Notes: generated by a model from the letters alone, not told the origin. A DNA stretch of 64,000 bases from Dipteris shenzhenensis (GCA_047967505.1 CM106538.1); one strand, 5' to 3'; positions 27,801-40,700 are shown, counted from the first letter of the stretch. A program made the numbers and translations.

Positions 27801-28837
27801 CATTTTGCATTATTACCAACCGTCACGTTCATGGGCTCTTGTAGAGGCTTGAAAGAGCTATACCAGTCCTTCTTTCTGGTCATGTGACGGGACGCTCCAC
27901 TATCAAGGAGCCACGAATCATTCGTTGTTGAAACTTCTGTTGAGGAGCATATTTCTTCAATTGCAACCCATAGCTCCAACTCAGTTTCAACTGTGTTGGC
28001 AGATTCCTTGCCTTTCGAAGAAGACTGTGTAGTGCCATTCTTTTCGTCCTGCTGCTTCTTTCTGCAATCCTTGATCATGTGACCGCTTTTGTTGCAGTAG
28101 TGGCACTTACCTGAAAACTTCTTCTTCTTACCATTCTTCTTCTCTCCACCCTTCCCTTTGGATGTGGTTGAGAATGCTGCATCACTTCCGCCATCGCGGG
28201 TCTTCATTCGCATCTCCTCCTCTAGAAGCATCGCGCTGAACTCTTCAAAAGTGAGGGGTGGATTTCTTACCTGCGTGTTGAGTGTCGTGACCAACGCATC
28301 GTACTTTTGTGGAAGGATCCGAATGCACCTTCTGGCCAACTCTTCGCTGGTCTTTGTAATCCCAACCGCCGCCATCTGATCACGTAGATTCTTGATCCGT
28401 GTGATGAATGTCTCAGCTGATTCTCCATCAGAGCACCTCTCTGCAGCAAGCATATTCTCCAGATTTTGAATTCTGGTCTGATTCCGCGTTTCATACTGAC
28501 CTTTCAGTATGTTCCAAGCCTCACTTGCCTTGTCTGTATGCTGAATCAGAGTCAAAACAGAATCACTTGAACTGGTAACAAGAGCACAGAGTGCATCTGC
28601 GTTCCTTCGTTTCCATGCCCGAAGAAGATCTGCATTCGGTGGCGTTATGACGTTGGGGTTGTCTGGATTCGGTGATCCAACCGGTTCTGGATCCAATCCC
28701 AGAATAGTATCCAGAAGCTCATATGAATCCAAGATCGCGCTGATCTTGAATTTCCACAAAGTATAATTCGTCCCATCGAGCTTGCCTTCATTGAAGGCAG
28801 GTGGACGAATTCGCAACGGGGTTGGTGCAGCCATCAC
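24826..28837 (-). CDS. Copia gag-pol polyprotein with one frameshift near 25600
   Basis: ORFs 25559-28837 and 24826-25644. [20 protein letters not shown] protease, WHERFGH..CEAC, integrase D-D-E (HADL, TDRGGEF, VERRN), RT YVDD, RNase H DSDWAG and ADIFTK. Confidence 0.95.
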
Positions 28838-28914
28838 TCCTAGTAGCCTTTGCTAACAAAGCTCGTTGAACTTGCAATAAAGTCGTTACTCAGATAGCCT
28901 GAGCTCTGATACCA

Positions 28915-29608
28915 TGTAAGAAAATAGTACGCAGCGGAAGATAACAACAAAACGCAAGTACACGATGGAAAGCTGAAGAGAATACAAAAAATTCTGATAT
29001 ACCAAACTGCTGATACAACTGATGGTTGGCTGTCCACCCGTGCGCTCTACAGACAGAGCTTCGATGGTGATCTAGACAGATGCTGGACGGAGGACTATGA
29101 GCGTGAAGAACTGGTGATCTGATGATAGGGGGTGGCCACTTATATAGTGTAAGTGGTTGACGGTCGGCCCTGTAATAGGCAGTCGGCCTAATAGACAGTC
29201 GGCCTGGAAGACCAACCGACCCTTCAGAAAACATGCCGTCGGGCAGATGAAGGATCGCGCATAGGTCATACCGTCGGGCCTGGGGCTACCGGCAGCCCCC
29301 GGACCCTGCCGCTGGGGGCTTTGCCCCCAGACCCCCACCGGGGGCCTGCGCCCCCCCGGACCCCCTGCTATCGGGGGGGCTATCGCCCCCCCGAACCCCC
29401 TTTGTGCAGACGGGTATCTACTCTTGGCTCCTAAGCCGTCTCATAACCATCTGGTCTACTCTAAGACCCCTTCCAGTGTCTAAACTGGGGATCCCTCCCA
29501 ATATCTGATACCCATCATGGCTTCTCCTCATATGGGGGCCTTACAACATTGGGTACACAGAATATTGGTGGGTTACATGAGAGGTGGACATTTGAGCTAA
29601 CTCTAACA
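28915..29608 (-). repeat. 5' LTR of the young copia element
   Basis: Adjacent to the PBS; direct repeat of 24103-24796. Confidence 0.97.
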
Positions 29609-30457
29609 AATGAGTCAATGAGTCAAAAAATCTCCAAGGGAAACATGTTAAAGGCGGGCTAGTTGAGGAATTCAAGGAACTATAAGAATACCTCACTTTG
29701 TCTCCATAGAGGAGATTCGAGAGAGTGACAAAGTGATCTACTATGGTGGACAAGGTATACTACCTATAGAAAAGGCTAGTAAGACAAGCTTTGGCTCTAT
29801 TAACATTAGTAGACATAGATGAAAATGCTAAAAGCACATATAATCATAAGGCTCTCATCAACCTTAGAGGCATACACTCCACCATCCTTGGCCTTCAAAT
29901 AATTAATACATTTTAGTATTTTCCCAAGTTGGGGGGACCTATTCTTGTTTGATAAAGCTAAGATTGCTCCTAAGGTGCTACACCATGACCTTTAGACTAT
30001 TAGAAAGTGACCTCTTTATCTAGAGTATTGATTCCTTGATTTCTCACATGATAAGCCTAGATGATAGTTGCTCCTTTTTGGGTAAAACTCTCTTTCAGTG
30101 TAATCAAGCAACTAGAGTGGACAAATACTTGTTTATAAGAACTTGCCAAGTTTGGGAATGAAAAAGGAAGGTGCACACATTAGTTTTTTTGGGGGTGAAA
30201 TACTTAGAACTTTTATTACAAAAAATAATTCCCAAACACGGACAACCAGCTACATACATCATAAGAGCTTAGTGTGAGACAAGAAGATAGGATAATCAAG
30301 GTCTCAGGCATGCAAGCAATCGTAGAAAGATGGCTGTAGAGATGTGTAGAAGGACCGATACTTAGCTAAGGAGGGATCACCAGAGGCTCGATGGTTGCAA
30401 CCTGCACACATTTACGACTTGATGGTTGCAACCCGCACACATTCACACTCACGCTCA

Positions 30458-30477
30458 TACACACACACACACACACA

Positions 30478-30512
<35 letters not shown>
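30458..30512. repeat. Compound (CA)n(CT)n(CA)n microsatellite upstream of the host gene
   Basis: Directly visible. CA-rich low-complexity sequence continues to about 30720. Confidence 0.95.
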
Positions 30513-30513
<1 letters not shown>

Positions 30514-30925
30514 AGCACATGTGCATATGCAGCTTGACTGCGCATGCATATTCACCCTCATGCTCACACTCACACTCATGTTCACAAGCATTGTGACCCA
30601 CACAGGCACTCACATGCACACTCACACGCACACGCACCCGCACCATAACCCGCACATGAGTGACTCTAGTGTGCAAGATCCATGCTGTGGACTAACACAC
30701 ATGCACACACGTACACATGGAGAAACACCTTCGAAAAACCCATTGTGGTTCGTCAACCTGAGAGCGGGGAAGAAGAGCTTGAGAGGCAGAAATCAAAGAG
30801 GGCGTGAAGAGAAAGAAGATTACACAGAAGAAGAGCTTGTGAGACAGAAATCAAAGAGGAGAGAAGAAGAGCTTGAGCGACAGAAATCAAAGAGGAAAGC
30901 AGAGGCAGCGAGCCACACAACGAGC

Positions 30926-31125
30926 ATGAAGTTCATGGTGCACTCTTGCTGTCGGGATTCCAGAGCTCGCACTGGTATCCTTCATCTCAGTGCTCGCTGC
31001 TCCCCGCTTGAGACCCCCTGCCTCCTCCTCTCCACTCGTAAAGGCTTGCCAGACTTCATCCCTCCCGACCTCCTTCCATCCCTCCATGCCGACTCTCAGG
31101 CCCTTCAAGCTAGCCCACTCCATTT
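30926..31125 (+). CDS. QTRT2: Queuine tRNA-ribosyltransferase accessory subunit, exon 1
   Basis: MKFMVH..RARTGILHL..PLETPCLLLSTRKGLPDFIPPDLLPSL..SPLH matches the plant QTRT2 N-terminus as I recall it. GTGAG donor at 31126, phase 2. Confidence 0.9.
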
Positions 31126-31203
31126 GTGAGTTTTTCGCAGTGGAATTTGTTTTGAAATCTTTGTTTGAATTCACTTGCAAATGAGTCTCGACTCTTCTTG
31201 TAG

Positions 31204-31378
31204 CTTGGAGAGTCCATCCGCAAGCGTTTTGGTGGCTGCTGGGGGAATTCATAATCTGGTTAGCCTGCCCGAGTTCGCAATCGCGGCGATTGCGAGGGAT
31301 TCAATCGTCTGTCATGCGGATGCCGAGGGAAGCAACAAGCTAGGTGCTTCATTCCAGACCCCTTTTGGTCGTCGATTG
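31204..31378 (+). CDS. QTRT2: Queuine tRNA-ribosyltransferase accessory subunit, exon 2
   Basis: TAG acceptor at 31201-31203. (F)LESPS..GGIHNLVSL..ARDSI..KLGASFQTPFGRRL. GTATGG donor at 31379. Frame consistent with exon 1. Confidence 0.9.
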
Positions 31379-31478
31379 GTATGGATAATTCTTTGTCGTG
31401 GTCGTTGGTGAATGGCTATTTCCTTTCCATTATCTTTGTGTCAAACTGAATTTGATACGAGCCCTTTTAGTTGAACAG

Positions 31479-31637
31479 GTGGGTCCTACGGATTTCACGA
31501 GCGTCGTGAATGCAATGCAACCTGACTTTTGGGCTAGTCTGCCTGATGAGGTCCCATCTTGGGTCACAAGTAAGCGGAACACCTTGTCTGTCGACAGGAC
31601 TCTTCGTTGGCTTGATCAGTGCCTCTCTCTACGACCT
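31479..31637 (+). CDS. QTRT2: Queuine tRNA-ribosyltransferase accessory subunit, exon 3
   Basis: CAG acceptor. VGPTDF..MQPDFWASLPDEVPSWVTSKRNTLSVDRTLRWLDQCL. GTAAGA donor at 31638. Confidence 0.9.
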
Positions 31638-32675
31638 GTAAGACCTTTTCTCCAATCTCTTTGCAAGCAGCCACTGACACTCCACATAGGGAGAATGTAG
31701 CTGAGCATTGTGACATAGACATAGGAGCAGATCTAGAGCTCATCCAGGACAGCACTTTGCCGCAGGTAGTAGGATCCCTGAGTAAGCTTGATCTTGTCAG
31801 GTTTCGGGCTATGTTTGGAGCAATAAACTTTAGCATATTTTGGCTGTTATTGCTGTCTTCAATCTCAGATCCAAGTGTTCTTTGTGAGTGTTCCTTGTCA
31901 TATGATGTTGGCTCTACATCAATGTTTTATTTGTTTCAAGATTAGAATCGTGGATACAAGTCAAAGTAAGGAGAGTGGCAAGGATAGTCTACATAGACCG
32001 ATACTAAGAGTCACAAGCAAGGAAGAAGAAGGCATTTTAAAGTTTATAGTTATGCAACTTTCATTTCATCTCCAAAGAGCTAGAACATCGTCCATATGCA
32101 ATATATCCGGTAAGGTGACACAAGTTGAGTACCTGTACATGGCAACTTATCAGATGTTTTCAGGAAGACACTCCCAAGAGAACAACTGGAGCACCTCGTT
32201 CAACTTACGGGGATTGGCCCATAGTTGCATTATTGAGAGGGAGAAGTCAATGTGCCCTCATGTGAGCCCCCATATGAGAATTTGGACTGAGAGGGGGTAG
32301 GGTACCTGGACCTGATGATTGCTGCAGTGATTGATGTGGGCTATTGGGCTGCCTACTTGGCACCAGGTGCACAGGGAGCAGCAGCAGAAGAAGACCCTGG
32401 CATGGCCTATTTATAGCCCTGGTGAGGGGGTCGGCCAGGACAGACTTTCCAGCCGACCAACCTAGTTGGGGGATATCTGTCCATAGACTGCAAGTCGGCC
32501 TCCCTCTATACTCCACACTTACACATCGATCTACTGAAGCCTCAACAGATAGGCAGTGCATCTGATTGGGAGCTATATGCACAGGAGAGTTCTTAGCATA
32601 GTTTTGTTCCCAGTGGAAGATTGTTCACCTTTGAGCTTGTTTTCCCCATATCTTGTGGAAGAATAAAGTCTGAGT

Positions 32676-32703
<28 letters not shown>

Positions 32704-32706
<3 letters not shown>

Positions 32707-35700
32707 CAGAGAGAGGACTGCCCACTGTGGTAGGATATACAGCCCACCGGAAGGAAATGAGGGGAGACAGTGGAGTGCGTAGCTCGGAAGGGGTGGCCAT
32801 CCTCTTCAGATCACATTTGAGACCCCTCATTTCAGTGGTTCAGAGAGAGGAACACGTGCGACACATGTGGGTCCGTGTCCAGATACCCGATGCCCGACCA
32901 ATCTACATGGCAGTGTGCTACTTTCCCCCAGATACATCACCTTATGCACACACAGTCACTACGAAGGGACACAGCCCATATGAGACGATACATGATGATC
33001 TCATTGAGTTCTCCAGACTAGGAGACAGCCTCCTTCTTGGTGACTTCAATGCATGCACAGGTGACAGGCAAGTGGGCCTACTTGACTTTACATCAGACTC
33101 TCTCATAGTACCAGAACTAGACACTGCAGAGCTTGGGACAATGAGACACTCAGCAGATGCACCACACGTGACGGGATACGGCCGGCATCTACTTGACTTG
33201 GGGGCTATCCATGACCTAATCATATATAATGGCCTACAAAGATGGCCATTATTTGGTGGGTTCACTTGTTTCCCGCATGGCGGAGGTACTAGTACAGTGG
33301 ATTACCTACTCGGTCCCCTATCCTTCACCTCACGGGTACACGACTTCGTTGTGCCTCCTCCCCCACTAGGTGCTGACCACTCATACCTATCCTTCAGTAT
33401 CTCCACCACTACGCCAGTCACATGGAGAGCCCCCCCCACTCCCACTTGTGTACGGGTCCACTTTGACCGGACCCTTGACCTCGTTTACGTGAGCCATTTG
33501 GCACAGGAGCTCCCAAGTTTACTACTTGGGGACGAGGTAGACCTCACCCATGCATCAGACACCCTTGCCACAGTGGTCACGAATGCAGCTATCAAATCTT
33601 TCCCTACGACTCGGCCTGGGTGCGTTTCAATGGGAAAGATGCCTCAAAACCCTTGGTATGATGATGAGTGCAAAGAGATGAGAGCTCACCTCATACGTGA
33701 GCAAGCCCTTGGCCACTTGACACCACCTGAGGTATAGAGGATCTCACGACAGTTGAACTGCCGCAAGCGGCGGGCTTTCCTCACCCATAGGATGGACGAG
33801 GTGATTAGTTCATTTAGAGGAGGGGATTCTACTATTGGATGGGGGCTCCTATTGGAGAGGAAGCCGCCTATCCCCATCACAGACTCGGGTGTTCGGCACA
33901 CATACGCATGCTCTCTCTATGATGTTCTGATGCAGGCACCACCTGATATGTCCGCTATGCCCAAACCCGCCACTTGTCACTTGTTCACTGCATAGAATGT
34001 GCGGGCGGCACTCCGTCGGCTACATAATCGGAGAGCACAGGATCATGAGGGGCTACGGATGGAGCATTTCGCACACGGTCACGAGCTTTTGGCCCCGATC
34101 CTAGCACAGATGTTCAACCACGCCATATGCCACGGCTTTCCACCCTCTTGGAGCACTACCACCATCATCCCAATACACAAGGCAGGTGACCCCATGGACT
34201 CTGGGAACTACCGCACTCTCATGATTGGCCACACTCTGGCCAAGATCTATGGATCTGTACTAGAGAGATCAGCAGTCACACAGAGGCACATGGGCAGCGT
34301 GCTATAGGACAGGCAGGATTTCAGAGACAGCATTCCACCCTAGACCACATCTTCACACTGAGGGCTATCATTGAGGAGGCGAGGTCGAGGCGTCAAAAAG
34401 TCGATGCCTGCTTTGTAGACTTTCGGAAGGCTTTCGATATTGTCCCACGATCTCGCATGATCAGGAGACTCCAGGAGATGCAGATCCCAGAAGTTCTGAT
34501 TTGGGGGGTGATGAGCCTATATGAGTCCATCAGGGGACGTCTTCCTGCCCCAGGAGGCCTATCAGGCTGGGTGGAGAGCACGATTGGGGTGAAACAGGGA
34601 TGACGCCTCTCACCGACTCTCTTCGGCCTCTACATTGATGAGATCACATCCTTCATAGACTGCTTGGGAGGCGAGGGGTCACTGTTGGCTGATTTGTTGG
34701 TACCGATACTACTATGTGTGGATGACATAGTCCTCATGTCGTCCTCAGCAGAGGGATTAAAGAGACATCTGGAGGCCCTCCAGGAGTTCTGCACATGACA
34801 GTTAACCTTGGAAAGACCAAGGTTATGATCTTCAACACCTCATACCCAGTGCTCCATCGACATAGCTTCACTTACCGAGGTTAGCCAGTAGAGATTGTGC
34901 AGTCCTACACATACTTGGGTGCAATTTTCACAGAGCGAGTTTTCACGATGATCCATGCAGCTCGAGCACGCCTCACATGAGGATATGGTGCTTTGGCCCG
35001 GCTAGAGCGACAGTGTTTCCAGGTGCACTTCCAAGACCCACCGACGTAGTGCTGGCTTTTCGACACCCTAGTGAGACCAACTGCCATGTATGCAGCACCG
35101 TTCTGGGGGTGTGATATTTCAGCAGCAAAGTGGAAGAGATTTGAGCGGCTACAGATAATCATGGGATCCAGGATGATTCGTAGTAAGTCCTCAGTCCCCC
35201 GTCAGATAGTACAGGCAGAGTTTGCTATGACCCCTCTTCAAATCGATGCCACCTTTCAGACAGTGACCTTCCTCCATAGAGTTTGGGACCTACCTCATGA
35301 GAGGCTACCGAGACTGGCATTGGAACATAGTTACTAGGGAATGTGAACGGCAACGGAACGTCGACCCCTTGGGGAACGGGAACGCCCAAATCTAAGGGAA
35401 CATGAACGGGAAGGGAATGCCACGTCACCATACCCATAAACAAACATACTATTCTATACATCAGAAAGCTTAAACTTAGAATCCAATACTCAAAAACGTT
35501 GCAATTGCTTTTGGAGTAAGGACTCAAGACTCATGATTCATGCATAATCATTGATGATAGAATTTAGATATATCATTGTAGCTTACCAATGGCATACAAA
35601 AGCAAAGTCCATCAAAGACAAGGCACAAGCATATGAGATTATGTTGAGTCTTGGAATCTTGAATCTGGATACAAGAAAAGGAGAGTGAGACCTCCTACTA

Positions 35701-37335
35701 CCTAGAACTTAAAAAACTAGCTGCTACATGCATGATCCACTCAACACTGTCAACATCAATGATCAATCTAAATCTGCAGCATTGTGGTTGTTGCACTCTT
35801 CATCCTCTTCGTCATCCCCATCGTCTGGATGATCTGCATGCAGGGAACGGATTAGGGAACGTTCCCTAGACGTTCCACAAGGGATGTGGAACGTTCCATA
35901 GCCGTTCTATAGACCAGACGTTCCACAGACGTTCTCTTCAAGCTTAGTGAAGAGAACGCGGTTCCAACGTTCCATAGCTATGGAACGGCGTTCCCTGGCA
36001 ACTATGCATTGGAATCCTCTATCCGACTAGCAGAGAGTGGGTTTGATACAGCATGGTATGCACGCGTCTCTGCTTGGTTTGCCAGTCATGGCATTTTAAT
36101 GGATAGGCTCCCCCCTTTTCCGTACAGCATGGATGCACCCCTCCAGCTGATTCCGCGAGACGAGATTAACCACATCATACGGTTAGACCTCCTCCTACTT
36201 AACATACTTCGGACTTGGGGGGGAGACTAGGAGTTCCCCACCAAGACCCAGCTCTACTATGACCATTTCTTGAGTATCGGAGGATGGCCTCATCATCAGA
36301 CCCCGGTATCTTGAGGATAGAGGAGTCTCACATGCACTGAGGATTGCCATTGGACAGATGCAAGTCTCCTCCCATCACCTGAGGATTGAGGTAGGGAGAG
36401 CTACAGGCATACCCAGAGAGCAGCGGACTTGTATGCTATGCACGACGGGTCAGGTCGAGACCGAGGAGCACTTTCTTTGTATGTGTTCCGCCTACTACGA
36501 GATCCGAGGGCGCTACCATTGCCTTTTTCAGGAGGGACATGGGTTTTGCCCACTCTCACGACTAATCCACTTGCAGGATCAGGTCTGTATTGGGCTCTAC
36601 CTGATGGTGATGCGGAGACATAGAGAGACACTACTGCAACGAATCAGAGAGCAGCAGGATGCGACCACCACGTCACAGGACATTGAGGTGGATCGAGCAT
36701 AGAGGCAGGTCACCGACTTCTATGCATTTGAGTCAGCTTTAGGGCACTCGGGAGTAGAGGAGGAGCTAGCTGACATGAGAGATAGATGGGTCAATAGAGG
36801 GAGTCGACACGACACCATTACTGGACGAGGGACACGGGGATCTCACATGCGACAGGAGAGTAGAGCACACACGATTGAGGTTCGACCTATCTCAGCTCTC
36901 CTCAGAGGCAACCGATAGAGACGTGGCATTACACTTGACATAGCCCATCGGATCCAGAGATCGAGGAGACCACGCCCCCTACCACAACGCCAGGCAACTC
37001 GATAGATGCAGATACATGAGCTTTTTGTGTCACACCAGAGAGCTATCACGAAGCCTGGATACATGGAGCTAGATCATGTTCTTGGAGCATTAGCCCTAAG
37101 CGCCTGACATGCCTCACTCATGTTACACATTATTTGGCTTTTCTGGCCTGACTTGATATGATGTATTACTACATTAGTATTTCAGTTTGTGTTTTCTAGT
37201 ACTCAGCGAGGGCCTTAGCGAGCCCTTCGCCCCAGCCCACAGTGGCTTGTATGAGTTTAATTTGTTTCCGCACTTTTGTTCCATAGGCCTGTGAGGCCTC
37301 CTACGGACGTTAACGTATCTTTCTTTCTTTCTTTC
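32704..37335 (+). mobile_element. RTE/RTEX-like LINE, 5'-truncated and degenerate
   Basis: APE motifs LLGDFNA, STVDYL, GADH. PWYDDEC, NYRTLMI, QAGFR, FVDFRKAFD, GVKQG, CVDD. C-terminal HHLRIEVGR..CMLC..ETEEHFL..C. (TTTC)n tail near 37320, and 5' junction in a (TC)n tract. Confidence 0.85.
35326..36006. mobile_element. Non-autonomous hAT-type DNA transposon (681 bp)
   Basis: 8-bp TSD CATTGGAA at 35318-35325 and 36007-36014. 16-bp TIR CATAGTTACTAGGGAA versus CATAGTTGCCAGGGAA. Subterminal GGAACG/CGTTCC repeats. Removing it restores the LINE frame RLALE|SSIRL. Confidence 0.92.
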
Positions 37336-37417
37336 TCTCCCTATTCTCTCTACTGCTTGTGTTTCTGAGTGAGGTGTGTATCAATGAGTGTTTGGATAGA
37401 GCTGATCTTATTCCGGT

Positions 37418-40400
37418 TGTAGGATCGCAACGAAGAAAGAGAGAGTGCAGGTACGTAACGAGTCGATAGATCAGTAGTCACGTCAAAACTTTAGATAGAT
37501 GGAAAATACACAAGTACAAAGTACTTGTACCTAGACCTAGGACTAAGTGTCCTAGGTGTCACATAGGACTAAGTGTCCTATGTGGCCTAAAAGGCACTAA
37601 CACTATAAGTGCCTACACTTATGCCTACAAGGCACATACCATGGCCTATAGGGCATCACTAGAACCACCAGAAGATGGCCTACAAACCCCCCTCCATGGG
37701 ATGGGCTGAAGTACTCTGGAAAGGTCTCAGAATACCTGGTAGTTTCTGGTCATGGTGGCACATGTTCATCCAAAAGGATATAGCTACCTATGAATGTACA
37801 AGGAATGTCAGATCATGTAACAAAGGGAATCAAGTGTAAAGCCTGTCGGAAGACTTCGAACTTGGGACGAGGAAGTGCCTTTGTAAACATATCTGCGATG
37901 TTGTCCTCTTTGGGAAGATAGGACAACTCTATGTCTCTTGCTGACAACCGCTCTCGAACATAATGATAGTGAACTTCAATATGCTTGGTACACGTATGAA
38001 ACACTGGGTTACGCGCAATGGCCAAAGCACTCTGGCTGTCAGTGTAGACAATAGTGGAGGATGTCTGGCAAATACCAAGAGCTATAAGTAACTGTCGAAG
38101 CCAAACACACTCTACTGTAGCGGTGAAAGCTGCCCTGTACTCAGCCTCACAGCTAGACGTGGCAACTGTCGGTTGCTTCTTGCTGAGCCAAGAAATACAT
38201 GAATTGCCAAGCAAAAAACAATTGCTAGTATGTGACACAACATCCTGCCCAGTCACTATCCGTGTAAGCATGCATGGTAAGTTAACCCTGATGGATTACT
38301 ACCATTCGATGTGTCATTGCCATTGCAGCCCATCATCATTGGCAAGTGCACCAACTTGACATCAAGACCGCTTTTCTTCATGGGGATCTGCAGGAAGAAG
38401 TCTATGTCACACAACCTCCTGGCTTTGAGGTTGTTAATTCTGAAAATAAGGTATGCCAGCTTAGAAAAGCCCTTTATGGTTTGAAACAGGCACCCAGGGC
38501 ATGGTATGCCAAAATTCATGCACACTTACTATCCCTTGGTTTTCAGAATAGTCCCACAGAACCCACTCTTTATGTCCGTGGGAGTGGATCTGATTTTTTA
38601 GTGCTGATTTTATATGTGGATAATATGCTTATCACGAGCCCGAATACTCAGCAAATTGCAGCTTTCAAGGCTCATTTGCAGCAGATTTTTGACATGTCAG
38701 ACATGGGACGGCTCCATTATTATTTGGGCATTCAGTTTGCTCATGTTGAGGGGGGTATCATGATGTCTCAGTCCAAGTATATTGGACAGCTCCTTGATCG
38801 TTTTCAGTTTGAGGATTGCAAGCCAATCTCTACTCCAGTGGACCCTGGCTTCAAATTCTCAGGTCATGATGGGAGCCCACCATGTGATATCACTCTTTAT
38901 CAGCAGGCTGTTGGATGCCTTATTTATTTATGTCACACCAGACCTGACTTGCAATATGCAGTAGTATCTCAGCTCAGCAGATTCATGCACATGCCCAGTT
39001 CACAGCATTGGCATGCAGTGAAGAGAGTCTTCAGATATCTCAGAGGCACTCAGGATTTAGCCCTCTTCTACATTATAAGGTGTAATAGTCTTTAATGCCC
39101 GTGTAGGTGATCTATTCAGCACATAGTTGGCACACATTACTGCATCAAGCCAAAATTTATTGGGCAAAGACTTGGCCTTAAGCATGCATCTGGCCATCTC
39201 CATTGTGGACCTGTTTTTCCTTTCAGAAACAGGATTCTATTGAGGAGTGTAAGGAGTAGTGCATGAGTGAATAATGCCCTGTGAGGATAGAAATGCATCA
39301 AACTCCTTTGACATATACTCACCCCTCCTATCTGTGTTGAGGGTGACAAGGTTGTTTCGTGATTCATTCTCAACCATATTCAGCCATCTCTGAAAGCATA
39401 AGAAAACTTCAGATTTGTCCTTTAAAGGATATACCCAGCAATACCTTGTGAAATCATCAATGAGAGTCATGAAATGCTTGTATCCTCCAATGGCATTTGT
39501 CCTCATTGGGCCACAGACATCACTGTGTACTAGCTGCAATTTCCTTTCTTAAAGTTTTGGACAATTCTTTTGAAAAGGAAATCGATGCATTTTACCCAAA
39601 AGACAACCCTCACACACATGTTTGGAAACTGTGTGAGTCTGAGGTACATCATTTGCCATCTGCTGTGAATGTAGCTTTGCAAGAGCTCTATAATTGAGAT
39701 GACCCATTCTCATGCCAAAGATGAGTTTCAGCAAGTTGTGAATCTGAAATAGCCAATGCTTCAATAGAAAGTGCAGCTGGATGATGATCAAGGTGATAAA
39801 GCCCTTTTTGCAAAGTGCCAGTGAGAACTATGGCATTGTCATCACGAAGATCATATACTAGGCATCTGTAGCCATCAAAAATTACTCTGAAACCTGAAGT
39901 AGCAATTGCTGAAATTGAAATCAAGTTGACTTCAATGCCAATCACAAAAAGAACATTTGTCAGAGTGACAGGATGGCTGGAAATGGATGTGAGCTGCACA
40001 TCTCCAACTCCTTTTACAGCATATGAAGCATTATTAGCACCTGTACGGATGCATGTGACTGTATCCAACGTACGGCTGTACGGATGCAGTTACGAGGCAA
40101 GTACGGAGTGCGTGTAAACTTGTACGACATGTAGGCGTTGATTGTACGGATGGTGGCACAAGCTGAATGCTGGTACAACTTGAGTACGGAGCAGAGCCGT
40201 ACGGTTATATGGCGCAGGTACAAGTGACGTGGATGCAGTACGGCGACGTGGATGTACGGCGACCCACAATGCAGATGTACGACGATGCATGATTCAGTAC
40301 GGCGATGCAATGTACGACGACGCGTAGGTACACTGAAGGTACGGTACAATATCCGTACTTGGTTGTACGGACGTCCGTACTGTTGTACGGGCAGTACAGA

Positions 40401-40700
40401 CAAGAGGCACAGGAAGCGAAGCTGGGCTCTGATGCCACTGTAGGATCACAACGAAGAAAGAGAGAGTGTAGGTACATAACGAGTCGATAGATCAATAGTC
40501 ATGTCAAAACTTTAGATAGATGGAAAATACACAAGTACAAAGTACTTGTAGACCTAGGACTAAGTGTCCTAGGTGTCACATAGGACTAAGTGTCCTATGT
40601 GGCCTAAAAGGCACTAACACTATAAGTGCCTACACTTATGCCTACAAGGCACATACCATGGCTTGTAGGGCATCACTAGAACCACCAGAAGATGGCCTAC
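37418..40700 (-). mobile_element. Internally deleted and rearranged Ty1/copia element ('element E')
   Basis: Short LTRs 37418-37684 and 40439-40700, PBS TGGCATCAGAGC at 40426-40437 (minus), PPT near 37686. Protease end, integrase and RNase H are on minus, but RT (38294-39071) is on plus. No gag and no matching TSD. Confidence 0.9.

Larger units (their letters stand above)
24103..29608 (-). mobile_element. Full-length, very young Ty1/copia LTR retrotransposon
   Basis: 694-bp TG..CA LTRs at 24103-24796 and 28915-29608, with two substitutions found by eye. TSD AATGA at 24098-24102 and 29609-29613. tRNA-iMet PBS TGGTATCAGAGC at 28903-28914 (minus). PPT next to 24797. Confidence 0.98.
31960..37417 (+). 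mobile_element. Copia-type 3' remnant (RNase H end, PPT, LTR) interrupted by a LINE ('element A')
   Basis: LSDVFRKTLPREQLEHL near 32150-32200 resembles ADIFTKPLP. Purine tract GAGAGGGAGAA near 32236. LTR-like sequence about 32245-32700 resumes at about 37335-37417 and resembles the LTRs at 41217-41917 and 60608-61774. Confidence 0.6.

Noticed and set aside
30395-30925. N-terminal extension of the 244-aa ORF upstream of the QTRT2 ATG
   Set aside because: It comes from CA microsatellite and GA-rich UTR sequence. Homology begins at the ATG at 30926.
31801-31835. FRAMFGAINF after a CAG, resembling the expected QTRT2 exon 4 motif FGAIVGG
   Set aside because: Wrong phase for the phase-0 donor at 31638 (the spliced frame reads VSGYVWSNKL*), and similarity stops after FGAI.
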